This document shows positions 23,201 to 34,517 of a stretch of 34,517 nt of DNA, one piece after another. Made by a program: the position numbers and the translations under genes. Source of the stretch: Priapulus caudatus (taxonomy: Eukaryota); contig NW_014577092.1 in NCBI RefSeq assembly GCF_000485595.1, forward strand, positions 318,143-352,659. The letters run 5' to 3'. The first letter of the stretch is position 1; each line of letters starts with the position of its first letter. Below the pieces are notes generated by a model, which saw nothing but the letters and a program-made list of their open reading frames with translations, had not been told where the DNA came from and made no database searches.

Positions 23201-26200
23201 TCCACCGTTATACCAGTAGTAAGTGACGACGAGTTCGATACGGAAGACGAACTCCCCCGTTAAGTCATTTTCTCCTCAACACCCCAGCCACTCGCGATGC
23301 AGAGCTGCAGAGCAACCGCAATTGCCGATGTCGCGTGCAGAGAAGTACTACCGGCGGCGGGGATTCGCGCCTGTTCGTGCCATTCTAGCGGCAGGAGGGC
23401 GCGGAAGCTGCTCACCAGAATGCCGGAAGGTCTGACGCAGAGCGTGACAGTGATATACCTGTCAGATGCAGAGTCCTCAGGGCAGAGAGTATTAATGTGA
23501 TGACGCTATTTTCTCTGATGCAGCGAGTGCGAGTTATCTAACTGATCGGAAGTAGACGATACGTTTAACTGATGATATTGATGCGCAGTAGCAGTTTTGC
23601 GATCCAGACGACGGAAAGCTGAGTTGGCACATGGCCGGCCACGGATTCTGCGCCGACGAGAAGCTAAACGTGGTTAAGCGCAATGAGTATGATAGTGAGG
23701 CGGACGCGCCTCAAGGAACATGGCCCTGCCATTGATACGGGTTTCAACAGTGCACAACCCATTGTGCCGGTAGCCATAAGTGCGGGAAGCCACAGTAGCC
23801 AATGGTAACGAAAGAAATGTGGGAAGAGACTCTTGTTGATCGCGGGTCAAGAGTTAATTGGGCTAACGTGTGGTTAAAACATGAGAATCTCTCCGTAATT
23901 TCTCTTTCAGATCAGCACTGTGCGTGGGCACGGTGCTAAGGAGAATGCGACAGCCCACAGGGGGCTGTATTTGTAGCCGAAGGGAGTCTGGCCGTAACTC
24001 AGTCGACGTGGGCTTTAGCGTTTAGCGTTGATCTCCAGCGCGATTACGGAGTAGCATGGAAATGGTATAAAGATAGCAAGATTCGCTAACATGCTTAAGG
24101 ACAGGTTCGCACTCGTGAATATAATCAACGCGATCCCAGCTTTGAAACGTTTTTCGGAGCACGGTGGAAGAGTTTGTAGCAGCTCATGCATTTAACGTTT
24201 TCGCATTAAGTATAAACGTTTAGTTAAAGGGTAAAGGGCATTACAAGGCATGTTTTACAAGGCAACGCCCTAAGCGTTGCCCTTTTTGCCATTTATGGGT
24301 AAGCTTCAGAAGTTTTCTCTATGGAACTGCACGATGAAGAAGACATTGCGCGATGGATGCTCCCGCTTTTCTTCAGTTTCGCTTATCAGCAGGATGCCTT
24401 TCAGCAGGTTGGAAGACAGCTAACAGTATGTTAATCTTACCCACACGCAGGTGCGGCTTAACAGAGCCGACTATTAATGATCTTATTGGCGTACAGATGA
24501 ACTGCGAAAATTTTTAATTAAAGTTAGTCGATCGCTGACCGCGATTCGCGAGTCCTACCGATGGATAAGTTTTGCGCGCTAACTAGGCAACAGCTTCAGT
24601 GCTGGCGACCTGATGCTTTATGATGGCGCTTAGTTGATATTACGATGTGGTTGCAGATTTGGAAGCAGGCCGTTAAGCGATCTCCATGTTGGGGGCGTGA
24701 CGGACGGAAAACTAGCGAATATCTGCTTATGCTCGCAGTACAGGTTAGCACACCTGATTGTTGGCGTGCCGTAAAGATACTCTGTCCGATTACGGTGGCT
24801 TTGCCACGAGCTATTGAGGAGGATATTCTCTATTATTATGATTGCTTCCCGAGACAGTGGTAAGTGCCTACTGCCAGCTGTCTTTTCATGTCAACTGAAG
24901 ACGTTTCTGGCATTGAAAGACATGTTGGCGACAGATTTTTCGATGTATATCGCAGATCATACTACACCCGTTTTCATTCCAAATATCTACAGCTTATGTC
25001 TATTATGACATCAGTCACGTTACGTGGCATTTGCGCAAAACAGAGGCGCGTTATTTTTTCGCCTCAACCGACCGCATCAAGCAATGCAATTCGATAACAA
25101 TCACGATATTTTGTCAAGTCCGCGTCCGAAATATATTATGTCGCTAATGCTTTGACTGTGTGTTGCTTCTTTCTTAATCAACGAGGAGCAGATTCTGGCG
25201 GCGTTTGCCGCCGACGCGTTTAAATTGCGCGGCAGAGCAGGCACCATGTGGCGTATGCTCACCAACGGTAACTGGTTTTGATTTCTCCAGTCAAACCCTT
25301 TACACATTAACGCGTTTTCATGTCACTCGCAGTGATGACTCGACTCAACGCCAACCAATTACAGACACGCGAATTTTGTTTCAGCAGGTGTTGTAATGTT
25401 ATTCTGCTAATTAGCTAACACTCTGTTAGACGGTCACTATACGTGCCGGAGATGGCGTGCGTGAGGCAGGGGGGCGTGGCAAGGAATGGAAATGGAGATT
25501 AGAATAAAGGTTAATTCTGGAAATATATAACGTGTTTGTCCTCACTGAGTTATAGGCATAACTTTACATGGTGTCAGAAGTGGATACGACTCCATCAATC
25601 AACCACGCAAACGATATGGCAGCTTTAGACGTGCCAATTCCGCGTATGGAGTGGGACTCAGGCGATACCGCCGAGAACTGGAAGAGATTTCGGCAGCACG
25701 CGCGAGTTGATGTTTTCGGGACCACTGAAGGCCAAAGACGAAGAAGAGAAGGTGAGCTACCTGCTGATTTGGGTAGGAGAAAAAGGACGCGATGTGTACA
25801 ATACATGGTCAGACATATCGGCAGAGAACAAGAAGAAGCTAACAACGTATTATGACAAGTTTGGAAAGTATGTAGAACCGAAATCGAACACGGTGTTCGC
25901 GCGATACCGCTTCTATAGGGCGGTCCAAGGTCAAGAGACTTTCAACAATTTGTGACGGACTTAAAACTCCTTGCAAGGGAGTGCGCTTTGACAACAAAGG
26001 GAGAATATGATTCGGGACCGGATCGTGTTTGGGACAAACTCAGATAGAATACGTGAGAAACTCATCAACGAGGGATCCGACCTGACATTGACAAGGTCTA
26101 TAGACATAGCACGAACACACGAGTTATCACAAGTACAGCTAAAATCAATGAAAATGGAGGAAGCGCATGTACACGCTACGCAGAGGTATTCATCACACCA

Positions 26201-29200
26201 GCACGTGGGAGGCACACAGATACGCACCAAACCAAGGGCGAGGGGTGCATACGGATATACACCAACACGTGGAGGCACACGTGGATACGACCCAAGGGGT
26301 AAGAATGCACATGGAGGCAAACAGCTTTGTGATAGGTGTGGTACGCATCACAGCTACACCGACATGTGCCCAGCGCAAGGCCGAGAATGCTTCGCATGTA
26401 ATGGTAGAAACCATTTCGCAAGGATGTGTAGATCACATAAGGATGTTCACAATGTTGACATTTGCGCTGGGGATCAGGATTACCTGGACAGACATGACCC
26501 AGAATTCTATGTCGACAACAATGTGTTCATAGGGACTGTCGGAGGACAGTCGGCTACAGGCACCAATGAAGCATACGCTGATATAGGCGTGGGTAATGAA
26601 ACGATAACATTTAAACTCGACACAGGAGCTCAAGCCAACGTGATTCCGGAAAACGTATTCCGCTCCCGCTCGAAACTGCAACCAGCGAAACAGAAGCTGT
26701 ACGGTTACGGCGGTCAACCACTAGCAGTGAAGGGTACGTGCACCTTACCATGTCAGTACAAAGACAGACGGAACAACATGGACTTTTTCGTCGTCTCGAC
26801 AAAGTCTGTGCCAATCCTTGGGTACAAATCATGCATTGATCTGGGTCTGATAAAGGTCGTACTTTCAGTGGACCAACCCATGGCGGAACCAGATATATTT
26901 ACGGAGTTCAGTGACACATTCAAGGGCATCGGACAGTTTCCTGGGAACATACGTTCAAACTTGACCCTGAGGTTGCACCGCGTAATTAAATCCATTGCGG
27001 ATTTTAGTCACAGTCGGAATGATAGCAAACATGGCGGCGAATTCATAAATGTTGTTGCATTCGTCTCAAAAAGTCGCTGTAACCCCGTAAGTACCCAGTG
27101 CATCGTAGCGCACTGATGGTTACAAGAAGGTGGACGTATACTGATTCATTTGGTATATCACATGTGTGGTGTTCTTTGACGATACTTGGAATATAAGGCA
27201 ACTACGTGTTTAGCTGCAGCCAAGGTTTGAAACGGTATTGTAACCCTAGCAATACCGTTTCTTGGAGCTAGCCATGGGGTGTGACCTAGCTTGGGTAAAG
27301 CCAGGTAGTTAGCGTTTTAGCTGAATGGCACTGAGGGTGGTCACAGCCAGAATTTGTTTGCGCCCTCAGTGGTTTTTTTACGTCCCCATTGGCCTTAGTA
27401 TTACTGGAGACGCGACCGCCATTTTACGTGGTCATCCGAGCCACGGGAGATTCACAATCTCCAATGTTGAGAGCCAGGTTTTTACACCTTGAGAAAATTC
27501 ACTGCCCCGGCCGGGGTTTGAACTCACAGCCTTCAGTGGACAGTATACGTGGCCTAACCACTGGGCCACGAAGACGCTCAAGTCCTACTACTACTATTAG
27601 TTATGGTGTAGCACTGTCGCCGACACTGACACTGTCACTGACTGTGTTAAGCGGGGCTTATGTCGGGCTTGCGAGCCTACTCGACTGGAAGCAACTGGAT
27701 TTCGAGCAACTGGAAGCGATCGGCAGCGACGATATCGACATAAGCGCGCTTGCGAGCCGACTCGACTGAAAGCAACTGGAAAATCGTCAGTTGCATTCAT
27801 TTGCCCACTGTTCTATTCCGAGCAACTAGTGGCGGCCAGTTGCAGGCAGTCGCATTCAATCGCAACCCGACATAAGCCCGGCTTTAGTGGTCCACTCTGA
27901 CTCTTGAGTTCAAATCCCAGCCGCCAGATAAAATATAAAATATATATAAAATTTCTCATTATTGTGATAGTGATCTATAAGTTTTCACTGGTTTGTAAAT
28001 TCTATACAACCTGACAGGACTATATCATAATCCAATTAATGTTGGAATTGTATCCGAATGTTTATAATCACTGTATATTATCAGTATGAAAACAGTGCTA
28101 CAACATTGCAAGTGTAACTTTAAGTTTAATTGTACATTTGCCAATTATAAGAGAATATGGCATTGGCTGTAATATAAACTATTGAGTGAATATTAATTAA
28201 TAAAGCTCTGGAAGAAAAATTGGAACATTGTATATTTTTTATTTCAGGGGAAAAGGGTTGAATTCAAGCTTGATAAAGTGTGTGAACTGCGTTTTGAAGT
28301 AGAGAACAATGAAGAAGTTGAACTTGAGGTTTGCATATAGACCCAATTAGTGCCTAATTTAACCCATTAAGATGATTACAAAATTGAATTCAGTAATATT
28401 GCGTGGATGTGTGTGTATGTGTGTATAGTAGTTTAACACCTATCAACAATCTTCCTTCTTCAATCTTCAATTCTTCTTCAATCTTCAATCTTCCTTCCTT
28501 TCTCAAACAAATTTCCTTCTTCCCTTCCTTCTTCCCTTCATGCTCTCTTTCCTTCTCCTCCTCCTCTCTCTCTCTCTCTATCTCTGCTTGTCTTTCTCTT
28601 GTTCAATCTATATATCACATTAACTCACTATTTCTCTCTTTCTTGCACCCTCTCTATCTATCTTTATATATATTGATTCATTTATAAATATCCATGTGCA
28701 TGCACGAGATGTCTATATATGATTATATAGCATTAATTGTATTCAATATTTTGTTGCAGCTCAAATCTGGCATGGCAGAAATTTTCGGCACAGAACTTAT
28801 ACAAAACAAAAAATACGTTTTTTACTCTGGAGGAAAAATAGCTGTTTTTACGTGGCACGGATGTGTGCTGGAAATATCCTTTTCTAGTTGTTTTCGTGAA
28901 GACATTAACACTGCAATTTCCAACACACAATTATGATTAATGATAACATTGCAGAATTAAAAAAAATAATTAGCTAAATGTGTGTCCTGAAGTGTGCAGA
29001 CAATAGTATTTCAACAAAGTACGCTTTTGGTATTTCCTTGTTTTCCTTAGCCTTTGTCTACTTGAGCGGTAAGACAGAGGTAGCTTACATAGCCAAAGAA
29101 ACTCCCATGGTGATGTACATTAACACACATGCAGCGCTCGAACAGATGAGAGTGAAAGCCGAGACAGATAACACAAGTGGCCCCACTGTAAGTATGACAA

Positions 29201-30875
29201 TCGCAAAATGCTAACGATATTTTCCCTAGCATCTGAAAATTGGCTGCAAATTCTGAAAGTGACAGCAGTGAAAACGTTGAAGAAACACCAGCATTTAAAC
29301 AAAAAGAAACATTGGTGAAAAGCTAGGGCACACTTGTTTATCGTACCCGGGCATTGTAGTAGTTAATGTGAGACTGTCACATTCACAGGTCATGGTGGTC
29401 GGACCAGGAGATGTCGGCAAGTCGACGGTGTGCAAGCTGTTGGTCAACTATGCTGTCAGACTTGGTCGGCGGCCAACATTCGTAGATTTGGACGTGGGCC
29501 AGGGACAGATATCCATACCAGGCACGATTGGTAAGGTAGATGCACCCCTGGAATAGCAGGTGCAGATTTGTACTTAGCTTCCACATTTACACACTGACAT
29601 GTAGAGTGGCCATCAAATTATTGGCGTAATCAATCGTTGACGAATGCAACCGACGAATCGCGATGTTTGGAACGGTTGCCGACACGACGGTGATCGTGTT
29701 CTCGCCTCGCACATTCGCAGGCTCGCTGTCCGTAGAACGACCGGCGGATGTGGAGGAGGGCAATTTCTCGCTGCAGGCGCCGCTCATCTACCACTTCGGT
29801 CACATCTCTCCCAGCGTCAACATCAACCTGTACAACTGCCTCGTCTCGCAGCTAGCCGACATCGTGCAGATGCGCGGCGAGACGAACCGGAAGGGTGAGC
29901 AGCAGTGGCTACCTGGGAGAAATCCCGGCTGGGACGTGACAGGAATCTAATTTGTGTTTGTTTCTGACGCATGGCGAGTACATCTGTTCGCTCGACGTTA
30001 TTTCATTAAATAGTGCTGCAAGCGTTCGGTCATTTATATAGACTTTCCTTGGAGAGGGACATGGGAGCATTGTAAATTTTAATGTAGCTGATGTTCATGA
30101 TAATGCTTCGTGAACAAGATGTCTAGAGCAAATAATAATAAGGTTTTTGTGTTCTTACTTGCAGTTTATGTGATCGTCAGCAATCAGTTGCTCCATTTCG
30201 AGCGAGACACGTCCGCGACATTTAATATGTTTTACTACAGTCGTTTTCATGAAAAGGTTATTTTGTAGCGTGACACACTCTCGCGGAATGCATGTATGAG
30301 TGTGTAGCGGTGACTTACTGTCGTTATTTCCTGTGCCCGTACGTTTTCAGCTGCCATCAGTGGAGTTGTGATCAACACCTGTGGGTGGGTGAAAGGTCTC
30401 GGTTACAAAGCCGTCATTCATGCTGCTCAGGCATTTGAAGGTAATATATAGTTCTACATTATGAACTGTAAACAGTTGCATTTATATACTTCGGTATACT
30501 ATACATATTTATGGTATTATCCATGTGTTGCAAGCATTCAGTCGTTTATACAGACTATTCTTTGAGAGGAATCTGGGAGGGTTGTCAATTTTAATGTAGC
30601 TCATGTTTGTGATAATGCTTCGTGAACAAGATGTCTAGAGCAAATAATAATACGATTTTTGTGCATACGTGCACGTGTTCTTACCTGCAGTGGATGTGAT
30701 CATAGTCTTGGACCAAGAGAGACTTCACAATGATTTGAAAAGAGATCTGCCTAAGTTTGTGAAGATAGTGTTGCAACCAAAGTCTGGAGGAGTGAGTGTC
30801 TTGTAATGGTGAAAGCAAGGGCATTGTGAATCCCAACAATTGATCTGTGTGTGTGTGTGTGTGTGCGTGTGTGCA

Positions 30876-30911
<36 letters not shown>

Positions 30912-31207
30912 TGTATGTGGCTGAAGGGGTCGTTGTCGTATCAGGTACTACATATATGTAGCCGAGGTACATATATCAGGAGTTAATAAAGACAAATTGT
31001 CTTTATTAACTCCTGCATATATGTATACACAAAGTGTACCAGACTTGTACTACAGAAGTGTACCCTAACCCTAACCCTAAACCTAACCCTAGCCCTAAAC
31101 ACAGGGTACATATATGCTGAGAAGATACAGGTCTGGTATACATATACGTACCTCGGGTACATATACTTAGTACCTGATACGACAACGACCCTTTCAGCGT
31201 GTGCGTG

Positions 31208-31239
<32 letters not shown>

Positions 31240-33467
31240 TGTGCATGTCTGCATTCATATGCATCTGTGAGTGTCCTTGTGTGTACGTGTGTGTGAGTGA
31301 ACGAATGTGTATTTGTTGTAAATGACAACAAAAATTATTTAGAAATTGTAATGACCACTAAATATGTAAATACTGATTTATACACCTCTGCTCTCCACTG
31401 TCTTTAGGTTGTTGAAAGGTCACGCCAACACAGAGTTGAATCTAGAGATGCCAAAGTGAAGGAATATTTCTATGGTCTGAGTACACCCTTATATCCCCAC
31501 CAGTATGATGTCAAGTTTTCTGATGTGACAATCTTAAAAATTGGAGGTAAAGTAAGAGAGACCTATGAACTATGTTTGCAACTGAGCAAGCGTATTGCAA
31601 TTACTCTGACCACCCTCAGCAAATTTAATGCTTCAGGTATGATAACTGTAAAATTCACAATTCACAAGCCCTTTCTTCTCAGGTATTCGTAATTATTTAC
31701 TTTCAATTAGAAACTGATACAAAATTTAACATAAGTCAGACTGAATTTACCCCCCTCCCAAATAATAATAAAGCTAAGACAAAAAACATCACACAAGCTA
31801 TCAAGTTAATTCGAGATATAAAGTCATGTGAGTAGATAAACGTGCTATGATAGTCTTGATCAAATTCCAGTTTCATTGTTCATGTGTAAACTTACCTGCA
31901 ATAAATTGCAATTGCATGTGTTCATACTTTAATGCGTACTACATGTTTCCATTTGTTGTGCCTAATCTTAGCTGTACTTTGTTTATAGCTCCCTTGCTAC
32001 CAGACTCGTTGCTGCCGTTGGGTATGAAACAAGAGGACGCTCATTTGAAGCTTGTTGCAGTTCCTCCCAGTAAGCTGCTTTGCTCGTGAAATAGACATCA
32101 TCTTTCATCCCGTAGCTTCGCCTGCTACTGGACTATTTATTTATTGCATGTACTTGTTCGTATGCTGGTCGTACAGCGTGAGTTGCTGCGTCTATCATGC
32201 AAGTTCATTTCTAGATCTGCAACAGGTGAATTGAGGAATATACATGTGTGAATAGACTTTTGCAAATCAGTGATCTTCATCTGATATTTGGAATGTCAGT
32301 CAGAGTTGGTCAGCATTAGAAAGCTGGTGTCGGAAGGCACTCAAAAATCTATACACGATTTCTAGGTGTGTCATGCAAATGCACTAGAATAAGTATGTTT
32401 TGGTTGGCATGCTTGGCCACTCCTAAAAAGAAAACGTCGATTGCATCAAACTACATGATAGTTGTGATGCGTTCATGATCATCCAAATGCCACCAGGCCT
32501 GCTAACCTTGTGCCTAATTTGATCTAATTTCTACCAATGAGAGTTTATGCTTCTACAATGGGCAATGCTGCTAGACTTGTTACTCTACTTCGTAAATACA
32601 ACCTTGGGGGGGGGGTCTTATATAATGCTTACTAGCATTATAACATGCAGAATAAAGTTACTACTAACACTAATGTTACCACCGAAATGTTTCTGACAAC
32701 TACCAGCATGAGCCCGTCTAACCAGATAGATGTAAGTTCTAAATGGGGTCATCCGCCTGCTGATGCTTGGTTGCGTTATGCTTCAGGTAATCAGCTGCTA
32801 CATCACGTGTTGGCCGTCAGCATGGCACTGACCAGCGACGATGACATAGTCCGCAGCAACGTCATGGGCTTCATCTGCATGTGAGTGCGCAGCATCTCGT
32901 TCGCAAGATCGCCAATCACGATCTGACGAGATGTCGAATGATGTTATGTCGGGTTCATGAAGTTTTGTGCATTTTCTTACACTCGTGCCTCTGTAATTTT
33001 TTTACTTATATTATTAAGATATATCATAAGGGAAATCACCGTTTTGGCAGTAAACTTAATTTATTGCTGTATTACATGTAAAGAGTATTACATAGGATTA
33101 GTAAGGTTAAGATGGATTTCTTAAATATGAATTTGAAATTTGATCAAGAAAATTTCAAAGTGACTGTCATTGCAAGCTCGTGCAATGTAATGGGTTAACA
33201 TCAAGATGTTTATCAAGATACCCCATTGGCTGATGCCATGCTAAAAGTGTAGAACAGGTTTAGAATGACATAATGGGGCGTTGATGCATAAGCTGTTTAT
33301 ATTCGTTTCAGTAATGATGGAACATACTGATATATACCGGTGTTTGTTTTTTCAGTAATGGTGTCGACATGGAGAAGAAAGTTCTTACTATATTGGCACC
33401 TGCCCCACGACCCCTCCCTCGTAGCATCTTGCTGCTCAGCGATGTTCAATTTGTGGACACGCACTAG
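17298..33467 (+). CDS. CLP1: Polyribonucleotide 5'-hydroxyl kinase CLP1, 12 coding exons, about 428 aa
   Basis: Exons 17298-17330 (least certain), 28248-28328, 28760-28873, 29062-29187, 29389-29530, 29721-29894, 30351-30440, 30691-30791, 31408-31546, 31989-32069, 32787-32880 and 33356-33467 join in frame (1287 nt). Motifs [26 protein letters not shown]-loop [51 protein letters not shown]. Confidence 0.95.
17451..17540. mobile_element. Internally deleted hairpin derivative of the 15813-16426 MITE family
   Basis: tagctctagt...tatagcccgcgtacagttgccgc-tgtcgta-gcggcaactgtacgcgggctatag...actagagct. Confidence 0.75.
17560..17729. mobile_element. MITE with 26-bp perfect inverted repeats, abutting the LTR
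   Basis: CAGGGTACTGCCGGAACGTACCCTGG / CCAGGGTACGTTCCGGCAGTACCCTG. Confidence 0.75.
17730..17912 (-). repeat. 3' LTR (183 bp) of a Mag-like Gypsy element
   Basis: TGTAA...TTACA termini; preceded on the minus strand by the polypurine tract AAAGAAGGGGAGA; homologous to 25392-25568; contains AATAAA. Confidence 0.9.
18140..20746 (-). pseudogene. pol: pol (RT, RNase H, integrase) with about 2 frameshifts (near 20550 and 20275)
   Basis: ORFs 20485-20733, 20205-20522 and 18140-20317 are consecutive pieces of one Pol. Confidence 0.9.
20747..20771. other. Assembly gap (25 N)
   Basis: Run of N. Confidence 1.
20772..23110 (+). mobile_element. Second, heavily frameshifted Ty3/Gypsy pol (RT C-terminus, RNase H, integrase)
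   Basis: Fragments VRSFLGMASYYR (about 20972), GQVGAVL (about 21216), [16 protein letters not shown] (about 21512-21560), [20 protein letters not shown] (about 22053), LLSDNGPEY (about 22420). Confidence 0.85.
23911..25391 (+). pseudogene. env-like (class I fusion protein, errantivirus/baculovirus-F-like) gene remnant of the second Gypsy element
   Basis: Acceptor TTTCTCTTTCAG at 23910. [25 protein letters not shown] at 23961-24035. RQRPKR furin site (24260-24277), then [21 protein letters not shown] after removing small indels. Confidence 0.6.
25392..25568 (+). repeat. 5' LTR of the Mag-like Gypsy family
   Basis: TGTAA...TTACA; same family as 17730-17912 but in the opposite orientation. Confidence 0.9.
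25569..25583 (+). promoter_or_regulatory. Primer-binding site, tRNA-Leu type
   Basis: TGGTGTCAGAAGTGG immediately after the LTR. Confidence 0.8.
25616..27000 (+). pseudogene. gag: gag-protease of the Mag-like element (frameshifted), truncated at the start of RT
   Basis: [16 protein letters not shown], double zinc knuckle [29 protein letters not shown], protease [15 protein letters not shown]. Confidence 0.9.
27140..27575 (-). mobile_element. tRNA-derived SINE, possibly with a Nin/Deu-like core
   Basis: Minus strand A box GTGGCCCAGTGGTTAG and B box GAGTTCAAACCCC, then TCGGATGACCACGTAAAATGGCGGTC...GACGTAAAAAAACC. The 3' boundary is uncertain. Confidence 0.6.
27649..27883. mobile_element. Harbinger-like MITE with internal direct repeats
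   Basis: AAGCGGGGCTTATGTCGGG.TTGCGA / TCGCAACCCGACATAAGCCCGGCTT; repeated GCAACTGGA. Confidence 0.7.
28874..29061 (+). other. U12-type AT-AC intron (188 nt) in CLP1
   Basis: GAA|ATATCCTTTT ... TTTTCCTTAGC (branch point, A at 29049) ... CTAC|TTG. Removal restores [16 protein letters not shown], colinear with CLP1 homologues. Confidence 0.93.
30920..31198. mobile_element. MITE with internal (CCCTAA)n, inserted in a (CGTG)n/(GT)n microsatellite in a CLP1 intron
   Basis: GCTGAAGGGGTCGTTGTCGTATCAGGTACTA / TAGTACCTGATACGACAACGACCCTTTCAGC; telomere-like repeats at 31063-31098. Confidence 0.8.
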
Positions 33468-34322
33468 TGATTCATATTTCTACATGCTGAAAGCATCACC
33501 AGAGACCGTACGCACTAGTGAATCATTTCTGTGCTCTGAATGTATTTTGAGATACTGTACGTAATAATGATTTGTATTTTTGAATCAATGAAATTTTTCC
33601 ACACACTGTATGCATTGTATCTGAGCCCAGAGTATGACTGTAACTTGGTTTCTACTTTAAATAGGAATTATTGTAAATATCTTCATATTAATTTCCCCGC
33701 TAGGGTGTCATCCCTGAAAAACTATATAAATTGTGTACTATTGTTGTATAAAAGGCACAAAGGACATCTTATATAGAAATATTCGATTTGCTACTGAATT
33801 TTTATATTGTAATGCACTTTGTTTGCCAACATAAATATTCATCCGTGTTTTTATGTAACAGCTTGTTCTTGTATGATGTAATTCACTTATTGGTTGCATT
33901 CCCATAGGTTACGTCTGCATGACGTGATATCAGGCATTTTTGTAATTAGGAATGAAATAGTTTGCAGTGAAGGTTAGTTTTTGTGTATATATGCGATGAA
34001 TATATTGCATCAATATACTAAGAATCCTCATTAATAGGAAATACCGTCTGTAGCTACATCAGCACAAGAGGTTAAATAACCGGGGCACATTGTCAGAAGC
34101 ATAGTAAAGTTAAGGCTAATGTTAAGACTAATTTTGTTTCTGACAAGGGGCCCCTGGTAACAAGGGTATTTCCAAACCCACAAAACAGTACCAAAAAATC
34201 GAACATGGCAATGTGAAAGAACAATTGCTCCAAAAATGTCACTGTTAACGATATTTACAATCAAATATTGGATGCAATACCTGGAAATACCCTTCCATCC
34301 TTCAAATCAGTCACCAGCGCGA

Positions 34323-34473
34323 ATGGTTGGCCATCGTACTCAGAAATAATTATTTCTTCCGCGATAAAAAACAATTTATTCGCGGTTAAATTACGTGTAG
34401 CAACGCCTCTGATTGGGTAAAAGGGCTATAATCTAACCGCATTAAAATATTTCTGCGTACGATTGCCAATCAT
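34323..34473. mobile_element. Short copy of the 10789-11119 MITE family
   Basis: ATGGTTGGCCATCGTACTCAGAAATAAT ... GTACGATTGCCAATCAT. Confidence 0.7.
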
Positions 34474-34517
34474 ATAGACCCTTCTTAATTATTATTCATG
34501 ACCTGGGGTCATCGCAC

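Noticed and set aside
17730..25568. DIRS-like element with inverted terminal repeats
   Set aside because: The repeats are ordinary LTRs with PBS and PPT; a DDE integrase is present and no tyrosine recombinase is seen.
26950..27116. C-terminal tail of the 369-aa ORF
   Set aside because: A frameshift near 26945 and loss of element homology after 27000 make it read-through.
27500..27575. tRNA gene
   Set aside because: A and B boxes are present but there is no convincing cloverleaf or T-run terminator; it continues into a SINE body.
33460..33530. Repeated CGCACTAGTGA(T/A)TCAT at and after the CLP1 stop codon
   Set aside because: Small local duplication with no supporting evidence of function.

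Overview
Eukaryotic, intron-rich invertebrate-metazoan-like genomic DNA rich in microsatellites and MITEs; no prokaryotic features. It holds two RNA-metabolism genes head-to-head, with start codons about 0.2-0.3 kb apart. LSM12 is on the minus strand (5 coding exons, 198 aa, 12691-16995). CLP1 is on the plus strand (12 coding exons, about 428 aa, 17298-33467). Each gene carries a minor-spliceosome (U12) intron: GT-AG in LSM12 and AT-AC in CLP1. The 10.9-kb first CLP1 intron contains a Mag-like Ty3/Gypsy retrotransposon split into two oppositely oriented, complementary halves around a 25-N gap. It also contains a second, indel-riddled Gypsy element with an env-like gene (splice acceptor, furin site, fusion peptide). 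A signal-peptide exon of a third gene (minus strand) lies near 1 kb. Intergenic and intronic DNA holds hAT-, MULE-, Harbinger- and Helentron-type non-autonomous elements, SINE heads, and several ~45-bp palindromes with 7-8 bp target duplications that resemble P-element excision footprints. Exons were translated by hand and protein identities come from remembered homologues, not database searches.
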